DNA of 64,000 bases from Cycas panzhihuaensis (lineage: Eukaryota > Plantae > Cycadophyta). The notes beneath the pieces are model-generated. The model searched no databases. It had not been told where the DNA came from and was given only the letters and a program-made list of their open reading frames with translations. Each line of letters begins with the position of its first letter. Position 1 is the first letter of the stretch. The stretch lies in the NCBI GenBank assembly GCA_023213395.1, contig CM041465.1, positions 225,129,741 through 225,193,740 of the forward strand, in the 5' to 3' direction. The translations under genes were made by a program, and so were the position numbers. Of this stretch, positions 13,701 through 27,306 are shown in pieces.

Positions 13701-15475
13701 AAAAAAATATATATTATAAAATTTAATACAAAAATATAAAAGGAAAAGAAAGAAAAGGAAACAAAAAAGAAAAGGCAAAGAAATAAGAAAAGAAAAGAAA
13801 AAGCTCTCACATATCATGAACTTATCTATGTGTTTAATGATGATTCATTTTATAATCTCATAATGACATTTATTATACCATAGACCTAATTGATCATAGA
13901 TATACACAATCTTGACTAACAAGTTTTCTAGTAGCTAGTGTACTAGCTTCACTTCATCATTCACTAGACCATAGGCTATATTGATACATACAAAAGAGAT
14001 GTTATATCTAAATGGAGTGAGATATTAAAATCATCATTCCTAGATGTCATATACAAAGTTATTTTTTATTAAGATATACAAATTCTATATTACTATATTA
14101 TTTTATTTGATGATTGATTCTCACATTCTTTATATGCATCAAAATTTTCTTTCTAAACTAAGCCCTAGATTATTGATCCATTTTTATAATATTATTCACT
14201 CACTTGTATAGGAAAAATATAAGAAAATCCAGATCCTTTCATACCTTCTTGGATTACTTAAGATCATACTAGTAATATTGTATTAGTGTAGGATTGTTCA
14301 TATCTTTTTCACTCTTATCTTAGTTAATATAGTCTCTAAAATAGTAAAATATTTTGGTAATCTTTTCATAAAACTAAATATTCTATATTTGATCCCTAAT
14401 CTATTATACACTCATAAAACCTTAACATAGACTATTGGTAGTATTATATGTATAAAGATATGATATAATATTTCTAATGTTTATTCCTTATCATATGAGA
14501 TCCACAAAACTTTATTACTAAGACGATAAATTATCTCCTTAATTTTGGGTCTTTTCCCTAAAATTTAGAAATATTATATAAGATTTTATTTTCTTACATT
14601 TTAGATATATATTTATTATTTACCTATGCTACATTTAATTTTCTATATTTATATATTATTTTCCTAATGTTATATCCAATTGAGCATTTATTTGATTTAG
14701 TTATGTATATTGTATCTCTCACAATAATCTTGTCTCCAACAATATCTCCTATATATCATAAAGCTATAGTAAATTGAGTTAATTTTTATGATAGCCACTT
14801 TCTCCTCCATTATGATATTTCTATCTTTTATTATTGTTTTATATAAGGAAGTTATATCCCTTTTATAATTTTGCCTTCTCCTAATGGTCTAGTTTCATGG
14901 CACTCGAGGTTGACTTCACAATCATCCATAAGGAATAATGTAATTATTATTCATTGGTCTAAAAACATGATTTTATAATATTTTTTAAGATTTTTTCTCT
15001 CTTCATCCTCTTCATTTTTGTTATTAGTACTCTTATTAGCTTCACTCTTGAGATACATATTTTTGGTTGACCTCACTTATGGTTTGATTACAACTATATA
15101 TTTTCCTCTTCTTATTGATGCTTAAGGAAGACACTCCTTTGGATTATATTGTTGTCTAATCAATATCAGTCTATTTCATTTAATCTCTCTCTTCATTTCT
15201 CTCTCTCTTTTTCTTCACTTTCATATTATTATCATTTCTTCTTCACCTTGCTTATTTGTTTAATCACTTTAGAGGACCTATCAAGTGATTGTTCATGTGA
15301 CTCATGCATTGTCTCATTACTAGATGAATCCATTTTTTATTTTCTTTTCCATTTAAGATTTAGATTTCTTTAACAGGTTAATAAATGCCTTGGCAGTTCT
15401 CCTTGTAATATTATCTTATAAGTAGCATATTAAGAAAAGAATAATATAAAAAATGACAATGATTTGTTATCAAGT

Positions 15476-15525
<50 letters not shown>

Positions 15526-15755
15526 ATTGGAGGAAATCCTATTTTATACCTTGTTTGATTATCTTTTATAAAAGAAAAGAAGGAACATTAGTTCATGTTA
15601 TAAGTTAATAACTCTTCCTTACTAAAATCCATCACAAACTTTTGTCACACATAGGATAATATTACTTATAGTCTAAGATTTGGTTCTTTCTCCTTAGGTG
15701 TAACTCAACTCTAAGTATCATATGAATTAGGAGAAGCAAAAACCCCTCTATTAGA
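7762..15755 (+). mobile_element. non-autonomous Ty3/gypsy (Tat/Ogre/Athila-like) element with gag and protease remnants only
   Basis: A direct repeat, 7770-8240 vs 15255-15755, represents parts of the two LTRs. PBS TGGTATTAGAGC at ~8975. Gag-like remnant at ~9540-9900. Protease remnant VLID...YNLLFIHPWLNQMEVVYSTL at 12600-12930. No RT or integrase recognised. Confidence 0.65.
15478..15517. repeat. (TA)n microsatellite inside an LTR
   Basis: About 20 TA units read directly. Confidence 0.95.
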
Positions 15756-18369
15756 ACACACTTATTTATAATATTATAGATATATTTTGGGCATCACTTT
15801 TGAGGTGTTATAAAAGTGTTTTTCATAGGGCAAATTTTATGTTACATATAAAGTTAGAGCTATATATTTGATGTTGAATTTTTTTTATTTTATTAGGCTC
15901 TTTTTTACGTATGTTATACACAAATCTAAAGCATACAAGTTTGATAATTATGAGTCCAAGAATAGAAGATAAATGCAGATCCTATCATGGAAATTCTATT
16001 AGTTCATGATCACTATTGCTGATGGTGATTCATAAACCCTCACTTTAATGGATAAATGTAGCATCAAAATGAAAAAAATATTTCAGAGCTTTTGTTATGA
16101 AAATATATTATGAATTTTTTTTTTCTTTAAAAATAAAAAAGTATATATGTAAAAGAAATTATATTGATATATTTTTTGGAAAGTAATTATATAAGTTGTT
16201 ATATGTATGAGTTCCTAATAGGGTTTTAGTTTAAAAGAAAAATAAAAACCATAAAAAATGTAAAGAAAAAAAAAGGTTTTATGGTTGAGATATACCTCAT
16301 TTCTAAAGGCCATTGCAAGCATCCCATGACTAAGATTCACTATCATATTGAGGCCTAAGAAAGGCCATTGAAATATTGGAAAAATAAAAAAAGAAAAAAT
16401 TGTAATTATTTTGTTATAGTTGATGTAAAAGTAAAAAAACTACCATAAAATCCACTAACGTTTATAAAAAAGAAAGAAAGAAAAATGTAAAATATTTTTG
16501 ATATAGTTAGTTATTTCATCCCTCATAGGGTTATTCTTTAGGGGCTCTATAACAATGGGACAGTGCTCATTATCACTATCATATAGGAGAATGGTCTCCT
16601 TTAGGAGTTTTATTTATTCAATTTAAGAAGGGTTTATAATTGATGAATAAGTAGGTACTTACTTTATCATTAAAGATGTTGTTAATGAAAATGATCATCA
16701 GTAGTAATAGTGTTAGGATAATCATAACGAGCATGAGTATGGCCTCTACTTCTAGGTTCAATATACCTAGAATCTTAATCTAGTATAAAATATGGACATT
16801 TTTCTCTATGATTGGGATAATCATATCTAAAGAGTCACACCTAAAGTAATTATGGCCCAAATCTCTATCTAGTCATCTATTATATATGTCTTCAGAAGTT
16901 GGATATAAATGTCTATGAGATTAGGTCAGCCTTGCTCCATCTTATATAAAGCCTCCATGTCATGATCCATAGCTTCTATTATAGGCATCTTGACTAGTTT
17001 TAATAGCAGCCCTTATAACAAAGTCATCACTTAATTTAGTATAAGGGATGCCTGTACTATGATATGCATCATCATATCTTAAAATCTGTAGGGTTTAGCC
17101 ATAGATATTACTACAAATCATTGAGTTCTACTAGAGCATTCAAATGAGTGTAAGAAACTCTAATTAACACCACCATCATAGAGACATCTCCTCAAAGATG
17201 TTGAAAAGTGAAAAAAAAATCGAAGTCCTCATAATTGATCATCAAATTAACAATAGAAAACCATTGCATGTCTCTACAAAGAAATAAAGACACATAGCAT
17301 AAATGTAGAGCCATCAAACAAATAAATAAATAAATGAAAATTGATGAAGAACGAAGGTAGACACATTTTTAGGGATTTTATTTTCTTTATAATTTTTTTA
17401 AAAATTTTAACTAAATTGGATTAATCTTTCAAATTTATAAAGCCTCCTATGGAATAGCCTTACATAACCATTAGCTTAATATAAAAGGGGCTAAATACCC
17501 AATTTTAACCCCTTATTCATTTTTTTAAATACTTATCATCATTGTTTCAGTGATATCTTTGGCATATGGAGTTAAATTTCAATTTTGAAAGAAATGCCAA
17601 AGAGCCAACTCAACTGCTTATATAATGATTAGTCACATGATGCATTTTGATACTATTTTCTAGTAGAAAATTTAATATAGATCTAAGCTAAATTTTAAAA
17701 TAGCTTTTTTTTATGAGTTTTTACATTGTTTAATGAATATTTACTTATTGTTATTGGTTCTAAATCATCTTATGGTATTTTATTAATGTAATACATCCTA
17801 AATAGAGGAGAGGAAATTTAAAAAATTGTAATAGGCTCTATTTTTTAGGCTCTTAAGAACTTAGTCTTATATAAAAATATTAAAAAATACCAAAAATTAG
17901 TGATTCTATTTTTTATTTGAGTCACACCCATCAATTATGTCATTGTTACTTCATATTATTAAATTAATGTAAGCCCCATAAATAATTTGTAAGGCCATAA
18001 AGTCTCTTTCTTATGTATTTTATGGCTATTAAATGCCAAAGAAGAAGCTCTAGTCCCATAAAACAAGAGGTGAGATAAATTTTATGCTACTCTTACTTAT
18101 ATTTTTCAACACATCTAACTAGCCATGTAAGATAACATAGTCCCAAAGTGTAGATGATGTATCAATAAACAAATTGTATAACCAAAGGACCTACTTAATA
18201 AAGTGGTAGTTATAGTGGTTGATTAATTATATAAACTTATAGATGGAGTTTCCTTTATATGGGTGTTCACCAAATTGAAAACCCTTAAAGCGGCTTGATT
18301 TCTAGTGAATTTGAAGGCCAAAAAATTTTATATTTTTTATGTGAGATTTATTATTATATAATTATATAC

Positions 18370-21300
18370 TGTGGGGGAGAATATTAGATAATAATATGTA
18401 ATTATATAATGTGCGTATCAAAACCTCTTTAATATCTCCACATATTATTTGTAAATTTTATATTATAGACACATAGATATATATGCCACTTGAAATGTGT
18501 GTCAAGCAAAAAAAGGTTGATATTTTAGTTTCTCTATTTGTTGTGAGTTATATTATAAATATATACATGATTTCTTAAATAAAATGAAATTTAGTCATTC
18601 TTCTATATTTGATGTTTAATATATTTTGTATACATTTCCTTGTTTGTGCATTCTTTATCATATCATTTATTCATCACTTGTTAGATACCCATGTCCTAGT
18701 TGGATCCATTTCTTAGTGTTTTAGTTTTGCATTCTTACACACCTAACTTGTTGTCATCATAGCCCTTCAAAATTCCAATAAGATATAGAGATATAGGATA
18801 AGGATGGTAGTAATATTTCTTTTACTAATATCACTTATTTTTTAATAAGGAATATTTTTTGTTTTTTTTAATTAATAAAGAAACTCAAAGTTTGAATCCC
18901 ATTACTACTTAAAGAATTAAAAACCAGGAAGTAATAGTGATTTTGAATGTAGTTAACATTAATGATTTATGAATAAACTTCTTCATATAAAAAGGTTTAG
19001 ATATAAATAGAGGTATGACTATAATTTTAAAAAATAGAAATAATTAAAAATTAGGGTTTAATTGAAGCTAATTAGAATGAACCTATTAAAGCAAATGCTA
19101 TTAGACTTACTTCTATTATAGAAGTAATTGTAAATGAAATAATAGAAGTAAGGGATCAAAATGATGATAATGATTCTTCTTTAGTTCTAGGTGATATATT
19201 GAGTTGTATCCTATAAAGGGATAAGGCAAATAATCTTAAAGGTATCATTTCTCAAGGAGATAAAGTGTTCACTATTGAAGAAACTAATTTTTCTTTTAGC
19301 AAAGAGTTATCACTCATAACACACCTATAAATCAAAGACTAATGGAAGAAGAGAAAAAGCTAAGAACTTACTCTATTAGAAAGTAGTTTAGACTCTATGA
19401 AAGGTATTTTTAATCCTTATGAAGATAATAAATAAGCCCTACAAACTGTGTAGATTAAAAAGATAAGCCCCATCAAAATTTAAAAACTACTATTGAGAAA
19501 AAATATAGCATTAGGAACAACTCTTTTTTCTTTTAATTATAAGAGAAGTTGTTAAAGATAAAGTAAAAATTTTATAAATAGAATTAAGTAAAAGTAAATA
19601 GGGTTAATTTAAAGGGAATTTTTGATGTTTTAACTAGACCATGGGAACCCCTTTAGATTCAACTACTATAATAAGATGCTTCAAGTTAAGTTAAACATTA
19701 GTTTGAATAGTTAAAATAGACTTCTAAATGAACACAAGTGACCCAAGATTTAACATATGAAAATAATCAAGAGATGATTATTTTAGCCTTAAACATTTAG
19801 GATTTCTTTATAGAGATACATAGAGTATAAGAGTTGATTAATTCTAGTTTGAAAACTTTGAATGCATATTATAATATGTTCAATGAGGTTACGTAAAGTA
19901 AATTTACAAAATTGTAATAAAAAGTTGTAGATAACTCATCCTCCTCCTCTCCTTCTTCTTTTTCTTCTTCTCATTTGTAATTTTGCAATAAGTAGGAACA
20001 AATATTGAATTTAACATTTAATAAGCTCAAGACTCCATGAGAAGAAGTAGAGTCTTTAAAAAAGAGAAAATAAATAAATTTCTCTCAAATTTTCTAATTC
20101 TTTATTAAAATATTAGGCTTTCACTAATAATATAGGAAGAAGATCATATAATAAAGGAGGTTTTTTGTTAAAAATAGAGAAAACATGATTGCTCTGATAC
20201 CATGTTAAAAATAAAAGATGATTCAATAATATAAACTCATGAGTATAAAACATCAAACATGTAAAGTAAACATCATCAAACATAATCATCACCACAAGAC
20301 ACCAAGATTTATGCGTGGAAAACCCAATGTGGGAAAAACCATGGGAGAAGGTGGAGTTAGGACTTTGCTTATGATCATAAGGATTACATCTTTCTCATCT
20401 CTCTTTTCTCTCAAGTTTTGAAGTGGGGAGAGTACAAATATATATTGATAATCACCTCATGAGTAGCCTATCACATACAATGAGCTGTTACATCATCCAA
20501 TAGTGGGATAGCATGGATATATGTGCATCTCACGTATCTCGAAGTAGGTGAATGATGGGAAGTGCATGTGTACAATGGACTCACATTAAAAATTATGTTT
20601 TAACATTTTTATAAAAGAAATTAAAATGAATAATGTAAGAAGATTAGAGATAAACTTAAATTATGATTCAATAAATTCTAAAACAAGGACACAACATTTA
20701 TATATTCTATTTGAGAATCAAGTGGGAGATAAAATATTTTGTTTGAATTAAGATGCCCAAACTAGATTGGATAAAAATAAAAAGTTCAAAGCTTTAAGTC
20801 TCTCTTACATTAGCTAATACCTCCTTGGCTCAGTAGTTTCCTTTGGAACTAGAATAGTTATAACATCTCTAGTAAATAAAAAGATACATTAACATCTAGA
20901 AGTAGTTATGATTTTAGAAGATAACCTTAAAAGGATATAGAATGAAAGAGGAAGGGTTATTATAGCTTCATCTACCTAGTACAATAACCATTCCTCTTTC
21001 CTTTTCCTTCCTAATTGTCTTGTAGAGAAGAGAGATCTCTATAAAAAAATATATATATCTAAATTTTTAATTAACAGTTTGTTCTGTTAAACCTAAAATA
21101 TTATAAAATATAGAAAAGTAGGTTTTTAATATTTGAAGTTATTTAAAGGATTCATAAGATAGAAAAAAGATCTACATAGATTTATAAAATATAATAAAAG
21201 AATTTAATGTATAGGGTCATATGTTTTTTATGTGATACTAAAGTTAAGCTCCTTAAAGTTAGAAAAATCTAAGAAGTTTACAATGAAATTTTGTGCATCC

Positions 21301-22227
21301 TTTAAAATCTTAGACCGAATAGAAAATATTACATATAGGCTTGCATTATCACTTTACTTAGATGTCCATAATATATTTCATATATCCTTATTTTAAAAGT
21401 ATGCATACGATCCTAACCGAACATGAGACAGACTTCCTAGTAGAGCTAATTTAGATATTAGGTTGAAAGATAAAGATGTTATGAAACTAAGTTATAAAAT
21501 GAGTCAAGTTCCAATGGAAATATTTAGAAGCCAATGAATCCACCTAAGAGCTTGTAGAGACTATGTAGCAATAATTTCCTTGTTCACAAGATATAGTAGC
21601 ATCAAGGGTGATATTATTTTTTAGAGAGAGTAAATATAATATCTAATTCAACATATGTTTTATATTTCATTATATAATCCTTTGCATGTTTTATTTCTTC
21701 ATGGTTTGTTTTATGTTGCGACGTAATCATCCCTTACTTGTAAAATGGGAGTGTATTGAAATGCCCTATTAAGTATGAGGGATGTACATAGATACATCTA
21801 TATTTTATTTATGAACATGGTTACTAAGGGCATATGCACATCTAGATATCTTAGAGGGTAAGTGCCCATATACATGTAAATGATGCGAATATCAAAGTCT
21901 ATAAATAAAATGGTCAAATTTATTAATGAAGAAATATATGAAAATATAATATAAACATGAGGAGGAAATATTATAAGGAAGCCTTAAAAATATAAAAGCT
22001 AATGTTTTCTAAAAGTGACTTAATAGAATTAAAAATTAATAAGTATAATAAGTAAATATCACATTGAAAGGCTACTCAATCAAGAATATTATCTTTTAAA
22101 AGTAAGTCAGGATATGAGACCATGACCCTCCTGTTATAATTTTTAAATATTATTAAATAGTTTGGGCTCTTCTAATCACCTCTTAATCACTTTTAAAATA
22201 TAATTATAAGGTGAAGGCCCTTTTAAA
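18370..22227 (+). mobile_element. highly degraded gypsy-like remnants (PPT/LTR ~18370-18750, integrase C-terminus/chromodomain ~21200-21620, PPT and LTR start ~21620-22227)
   Basis: Purine tract GTGGGGGAGAA at ~18371. Integrase tail motif KILDRI.N.TYRLAL...DVHNIFHISL near 21300-21390. Confidence 0.5.
20166..20605 (-). mobile_element. copia LTR (20203-20605) + PBS + 25-bp LTR tip, with TTTTT target-site duplication
   Basis: LTR with TGTTAAAA...TTTTAACA inverted termini. Reverse-complement PBS GCTCTGATACCA at 20191-20202. A second TGTTAAAAATA terminus at 20166. TTTTT on both flanks. Confidence 0.85.
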
Positions 22228-22629
22228 TGTAAAAACTCTTCCAAGATCTAAATACTACATGTAATTGACAAAATATAAAGTAAAACTATTGAAATAATGA
22301 ACTATTCAATTTGCAAGAGCAAAACTAAGATGTGCAAAGGTTCATGGATAAATTTGTCTCTCTATGAGGCTTCAATCCGGTAAAGCTTCTGCATTAACAA
22401 TAATTCAATATATAAACAATAGGAAAATGCCTAATATATAAGCAATACACCAAAGTTTACAATAATATAATTGGTCGACATATTGCTATAAGCAGAAAAC
22501 CTGACTATCCTTTATAATATGATTAAATTTATAATTGAGGGTTGCCTAAAGTACACTAATATGTATAAATACATGTGAAATACATGGTAATGAAGCTAAC
22601 ATTATAAGTTTTAATACTCTCCCTTAATG

Positions 22630-25600
22630 GCAGCTTCATTACATTTGATGTTGAGTTCATATTGAAACTATTTAAACTTAGGTTTGCCAAATACTTTAGT
22701 GAAGATATCTGCAACCTGGTCCTCAATTGGTTGGTAGATGAGATCAACTTCTTCATTCTAGATATGTTCATGGATGAAGTGATGATAGACCTCAATATGC
22801 TTTAGTTTTTACATGGAAGATAGGATTCCTTATCATCTTCAACAGACTCTGATTATCACAATAAATAGTGATAGGTGTATTTTATTGAAGTCCAAGCTCA
22901 GCGAGGATCTTTTTAAGTCAAATCAACTCTATAGTGGCATGAACAACTACTTTGTATTTGACTTCAGTTGAGGAAAGAGCAACATTTAGTTACTCCTTAT
23001 AGCTCTAAGAGATTGTTGTTGAATTCATGTTAAAATAATATCTTGAGGGTAGGTAAGAGTCTTGGCAACCTGCCCAATTAGCATCTATATATCCTTTCAG
23101 TTATAATCAAGCCTAAACTAATATATGCCATGAATATATTTGAGGATCCTAGTTATGACTTTCTAGTGGGATGCTTTGGGCTTTGACATATACCTAGAAC
23201 AGATCCCAACTGCATAAGAGATATCTAATTGAGTGTGGTAGAGGTAGATGAGACTCTTAACTAACTATTGGTATAATCTGGGATTAAATAGCTTATCTTG
23301 CTTGTCCAAGTTTAGCTTAGTTCTTGTTTCCATAGGAATTAGTACTACCTTATAATCTATCATCCTAAATCTTTGCAAGAGCTCATTGGCATATTTTATT
23401 TATGACAGGAAGATGTGGTATGGTTCTTGTTATACTTTAATTTTAAAGAAATAATGGAGCAACCTAAGATATGTCATCTTAAAATTACTTTTTAGTTCTT
23501 ACTGTAACTAAGCTATGCCTTTGGTATCATTGCCTGTGATTACTAGATTGTCCACATAAAGAACAATGATTGTGATCAAGTTATCTCTAATCTAAATATA
23601 CAAGTCTATATCAGAGGGTGAACGATTGAGTCTATGCTGAGTGAGGAAGACATCAATCTTTATATACTAGGTATATAATGCCTGCTTTAGTCCATATAGG
23701 GCTTTCTTAAGCTTACAAACTAAGTGTTCTTGGCTTGGAACAACATATAACAGGGAGGTTGCTTCAAGAGAACCTCTTCTGTGAGCTCTCTATTAAAGAA
23801 ACTAGTCTTCGCATCCATTTGGTAGACTGACTAATTGAATTAGGCTACTAGTGACATTACTAAATAAAATATGGTCATGTTGGCCATTGGTATAAAGGTC
23901 TTATCATAGTCTACCCCTTCTTACTATTTGAAGCCATTTGCTACAAGACAAGCTTTGTGACGCTTAACGGTGTTGTCTATATAAAATTTGGTTTTGTATA
24001 GCCATTTATAATCAATTATCTTTTTCTTGGGTGGTAATTATGTTAGCTCTTAAGTTTTATTTTTAAGAATGGAGTTCATCTCTTCATCCATAGTTGCTTT
24101 CTACATTTGGTCTTTGACTGCCTCCTCAAACATGAAAGGCTTAGGGGTTTCTAGGACACATGTCATTAAGGTAAAATTTATGGAGTGTCTCATCTTTGAA
24201 GACCTTTTGGCAATTATAGGAGGAGGAGGAGTATCCTTTAATAACTACTGAATCTACTTGGGAGGTGGTTGAATGTTGGTGGCTTCTATCTGAAGGTCAT
24301 CAACTGAAATAAGTGGCATAGTTGTGATTGCTTCTATTATAGAAGTGGAGACTGCTAAAATTAATGAAGGGTCTGGTGTGTAGGAGGAGGCTAGTACTAA
24401 TGACTCTAAAATTTGTCCAAGAGGCATTTGAGGCACACAAACTTCATCTACTACTATAAACTAAATTTGAGGTGAATTTAGGTCCTATGTATCTTTCACA
24501 AAGATGACATCATGAGTTGTATATGCTTGGTTCCCAATAATGTCAAACACTTTGTAGGCCTTGCAACCATATACATAGCCAAGGAAGATACACTTAAGGC
24601 TTTTATCATCAAGCTTCTTTCTGCTTTCCTTTGGTACAAGTTTGTATTCCATGCATCTGAATATTTTTAAGTATGTAATAGTTGGTTTAAGACCTAACCA
24701 AGCTTCCTCAGGAGTGATATTCCTAACTACAACTATGAGATTCCTATTGGTTAGGTATGTAGTAGTTGCAATTACATTAGCCTGAAATCTAGTGGCAAGG
24801 TTGGCAGCACTAAGTATGACTTTTCCTTTATTCACCAATATCTGGTTCATCCTCTCGATTATACCATTTTACTGCAGTATGCAAGGTGTTAAAAATTAGA
24901 GTTTGATGCTATGTTCCTTGCAAAAATTATTGAATTGATTAGAAATATATTTGCCACCATTATTAGATCTAAGTATTTTGATGGTTATGCCCTTCTTAAT
25001 TTCTACCTTAGCTTTGAACTCCTTTAATTTATCTAGGGCTTAGTACTTATTTCTTAGAAAGTAAACCCATACTTTCCTAGAATAATCATCTATAAATGTC
25101 ATAAAATATAGGCTACCATTGAGTGATTAGACTGACATAGGCCGACAAATATCAGAGTGGACTAACTCTAATGGTTAGTAGGCTCTCCATGCATTCTTAG
25201 ATGGGAACTTTTCTCTTTGTTGCTTTCCCACAAGGTATGCCTCATAAATGTTATTATATCTCTTGATCTTGCATAAACCATGTACCATATAAAACTCTGA
25301 CATGAGGTTCAAACTTTGTATATTCAAGTGAACTAGGCATTAGTGCCATAACTAGTCTCTAATACTATTGGAAGTAGATGGTTCATTTGAGTAGGAGTAT
25401 TCACCTAGTTCTTGGATAGAAGGGGAGTCTCCCATCATGACATCTTTCCCTTTATCAAGCTGTATATTTTGGGCCATTGAGCAGGATTCTGATAGTGGGC
25501 TGGTGGTAAGAGGGACCCCATCAAACTTGTATAATCCATTTTCTTCATGACTCATTGATATAATTTATCTAGTTGCATAATCTATAATGGTGTAAATACC

Positions 25601-27268
25601 CTGACTGAAGAGGACATCCAAGTTCTACTTGTCTATTTGGTTAATTGATAGTAGATTCATTCTTATGCCTAGAACTAGAAATACATTGTTGATATGGTTC
25701 CATATGTTGGAATCTTTTAATGCTATTAGGACCCTTCCAATTTTGGTTACATCATATGTTAAGTTTTCTCCAATTGTGACTATTTGTGTGCTTATTAGAT
25801 AAGTCTCTTCCAACATCTTTTCTGAGCTAGACATGTGGCTAGGATGATAATACTTTAAAGAATAGGTTTTGTGAGGAAGTGTCTTGGGTGTCTACCACAT
25901 GGCCTTCTTGTTGAGTGTTAGGGTTCCTTTACTTCCTAGGTGGGCACTGCTACCTATTCTATTATCTTTGACTTTGATTGGGTCTTAGGATCTAATTATG
26001 TTGATAGAATTGGCCTAGTTATTTAAATGATAGCCCTCCTTATGGATAGATAAGTCCTTGTTGTGGGATAGGGTCTCCTTATTGGAAGTAAAGGATTCCT
26101 TACTATAGAATGGGGCCTCCTTATTGTGGATAAAGGGCTCTTTATGAAGGGCATAGTCCTCCTTGTTGATAAATTTATCCTTGTTGCTAATAACTTTGCC
26201 CACCTTATTGATAGTTAGGTGCTCCTTGTGGATAAAATAGGGATGCTTGTTGATAATATAGGGTTGCTTATTAAAAGTTAGGCCCATAAAGTTGGCTCCC
26301 TTGAATTTATAATATTTCTAAATTAGTTTGTCGTCTCCTACATTCAACAATAAGGTGACCAATTTTCACATAGTATAAGCAGGTGACATTAGGCATACTC
26401 TAATGATTCTTTTTTATTTGAGGTTGTGGTGGTTGCTAGGATTGTTGAGGCTGCTGACTTTGATTGGAGGAAGTTCCAACTTGATGTTGTTGTTGCTAAG
26501 TTAGTAGTTGATTTGGCTCTTAAGAGATGTCTAAGGAGTCTAATTGTTGAGCAAGGCTTTGAAGTTGATTGGGCTACTAAGCTAACTATTGTACAGTCTT
26601 ACCCCTTTATGAGTTTCAGGTTATAAATATAGGGGTCAAGTTAGAGGTAGATATTGCCCCTTTTTTATTAAGAATTCTCTTCTCTTAATAGAAGCCCCTC
26701 AAAGATGATAAAGTCTATTTTTATGTAGTTATCATGGAGTTTATAGACAAAGTTATATTTTATTAGAAGAATATTTAGAATACTAGATATTAGATTATGG
26801 TTTAAAGGAGGTTTTCCTAGGATTATTAATTCATTTCTAATAGTCTTCACTTTAGTTAAATGGGTTGTAACATTACCTATAAATGGGATGGAAAAAAGAC
26901 ATGCTTTGAGAGTCAAGGATATTAACTCATCTTTTCTCTCATAGAGAGCACAAAGGATGGTCTATGATTCATGAGAGGTTTGGGCTGTCTTAATATTTGA
27001 GTCCACTTTGGTCTTCTACCACCAACCGGAGGAAGGTCAAGGTAATATTATCCTTAACTTTAAAGTTAGATAAGACAATAGGATCTGGGGGAATTGTGAT
27101 GCTAAATTCATTAGGGTCTTGTGTTGGTATAGGTAAAGGTGTGTCACTATTAATATAGGCCCAAAAGTCGTTCATAATGAATGAGTTTTTTACTTATTTC
27201 TTCTAAGGAATAAAGTTATTAATGCTATTGAGTTTGATGGTGTTTGATAATAGTAGTTGTAATGCCAT
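22630..27268 (-). pseudogene. Copia-B gag-pol pseudogene
   Basis: ATG at 27268. CCHC TCLY.VKIGHLIVEC at ~26340-26385. Integrase motifs TPEEAW and KKLDDKSLKCIFLGY. RT and RNase H (QVADIFTK) follow, with many stops. Confidence 0.9.
26015..26275 (-). repeat. ~21-bp (7-codon) tandem repeat in gag encoding QQGGxxY/P-like units
   Basis: About 12 degenerate units, e.g. CAACAAGGAGGACTATGCCCT on the minus strand. Confidence 0.8.
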
Positions 27269-27306
27269 TTTCTAAGTGTCTTTTAGTTTTGGGTTTTAAG
27301 TTTTAA

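Noticed and set aside
6120-17575. Possible inverted termini (6120-6200 vs 17480-17575) of a Mutator-like DNA transposon, with a PMD-like remnant near 16600-17200
   Set aside because: The similarity is patchy, no TSD was found and the protein motif is too weak to call by eye.
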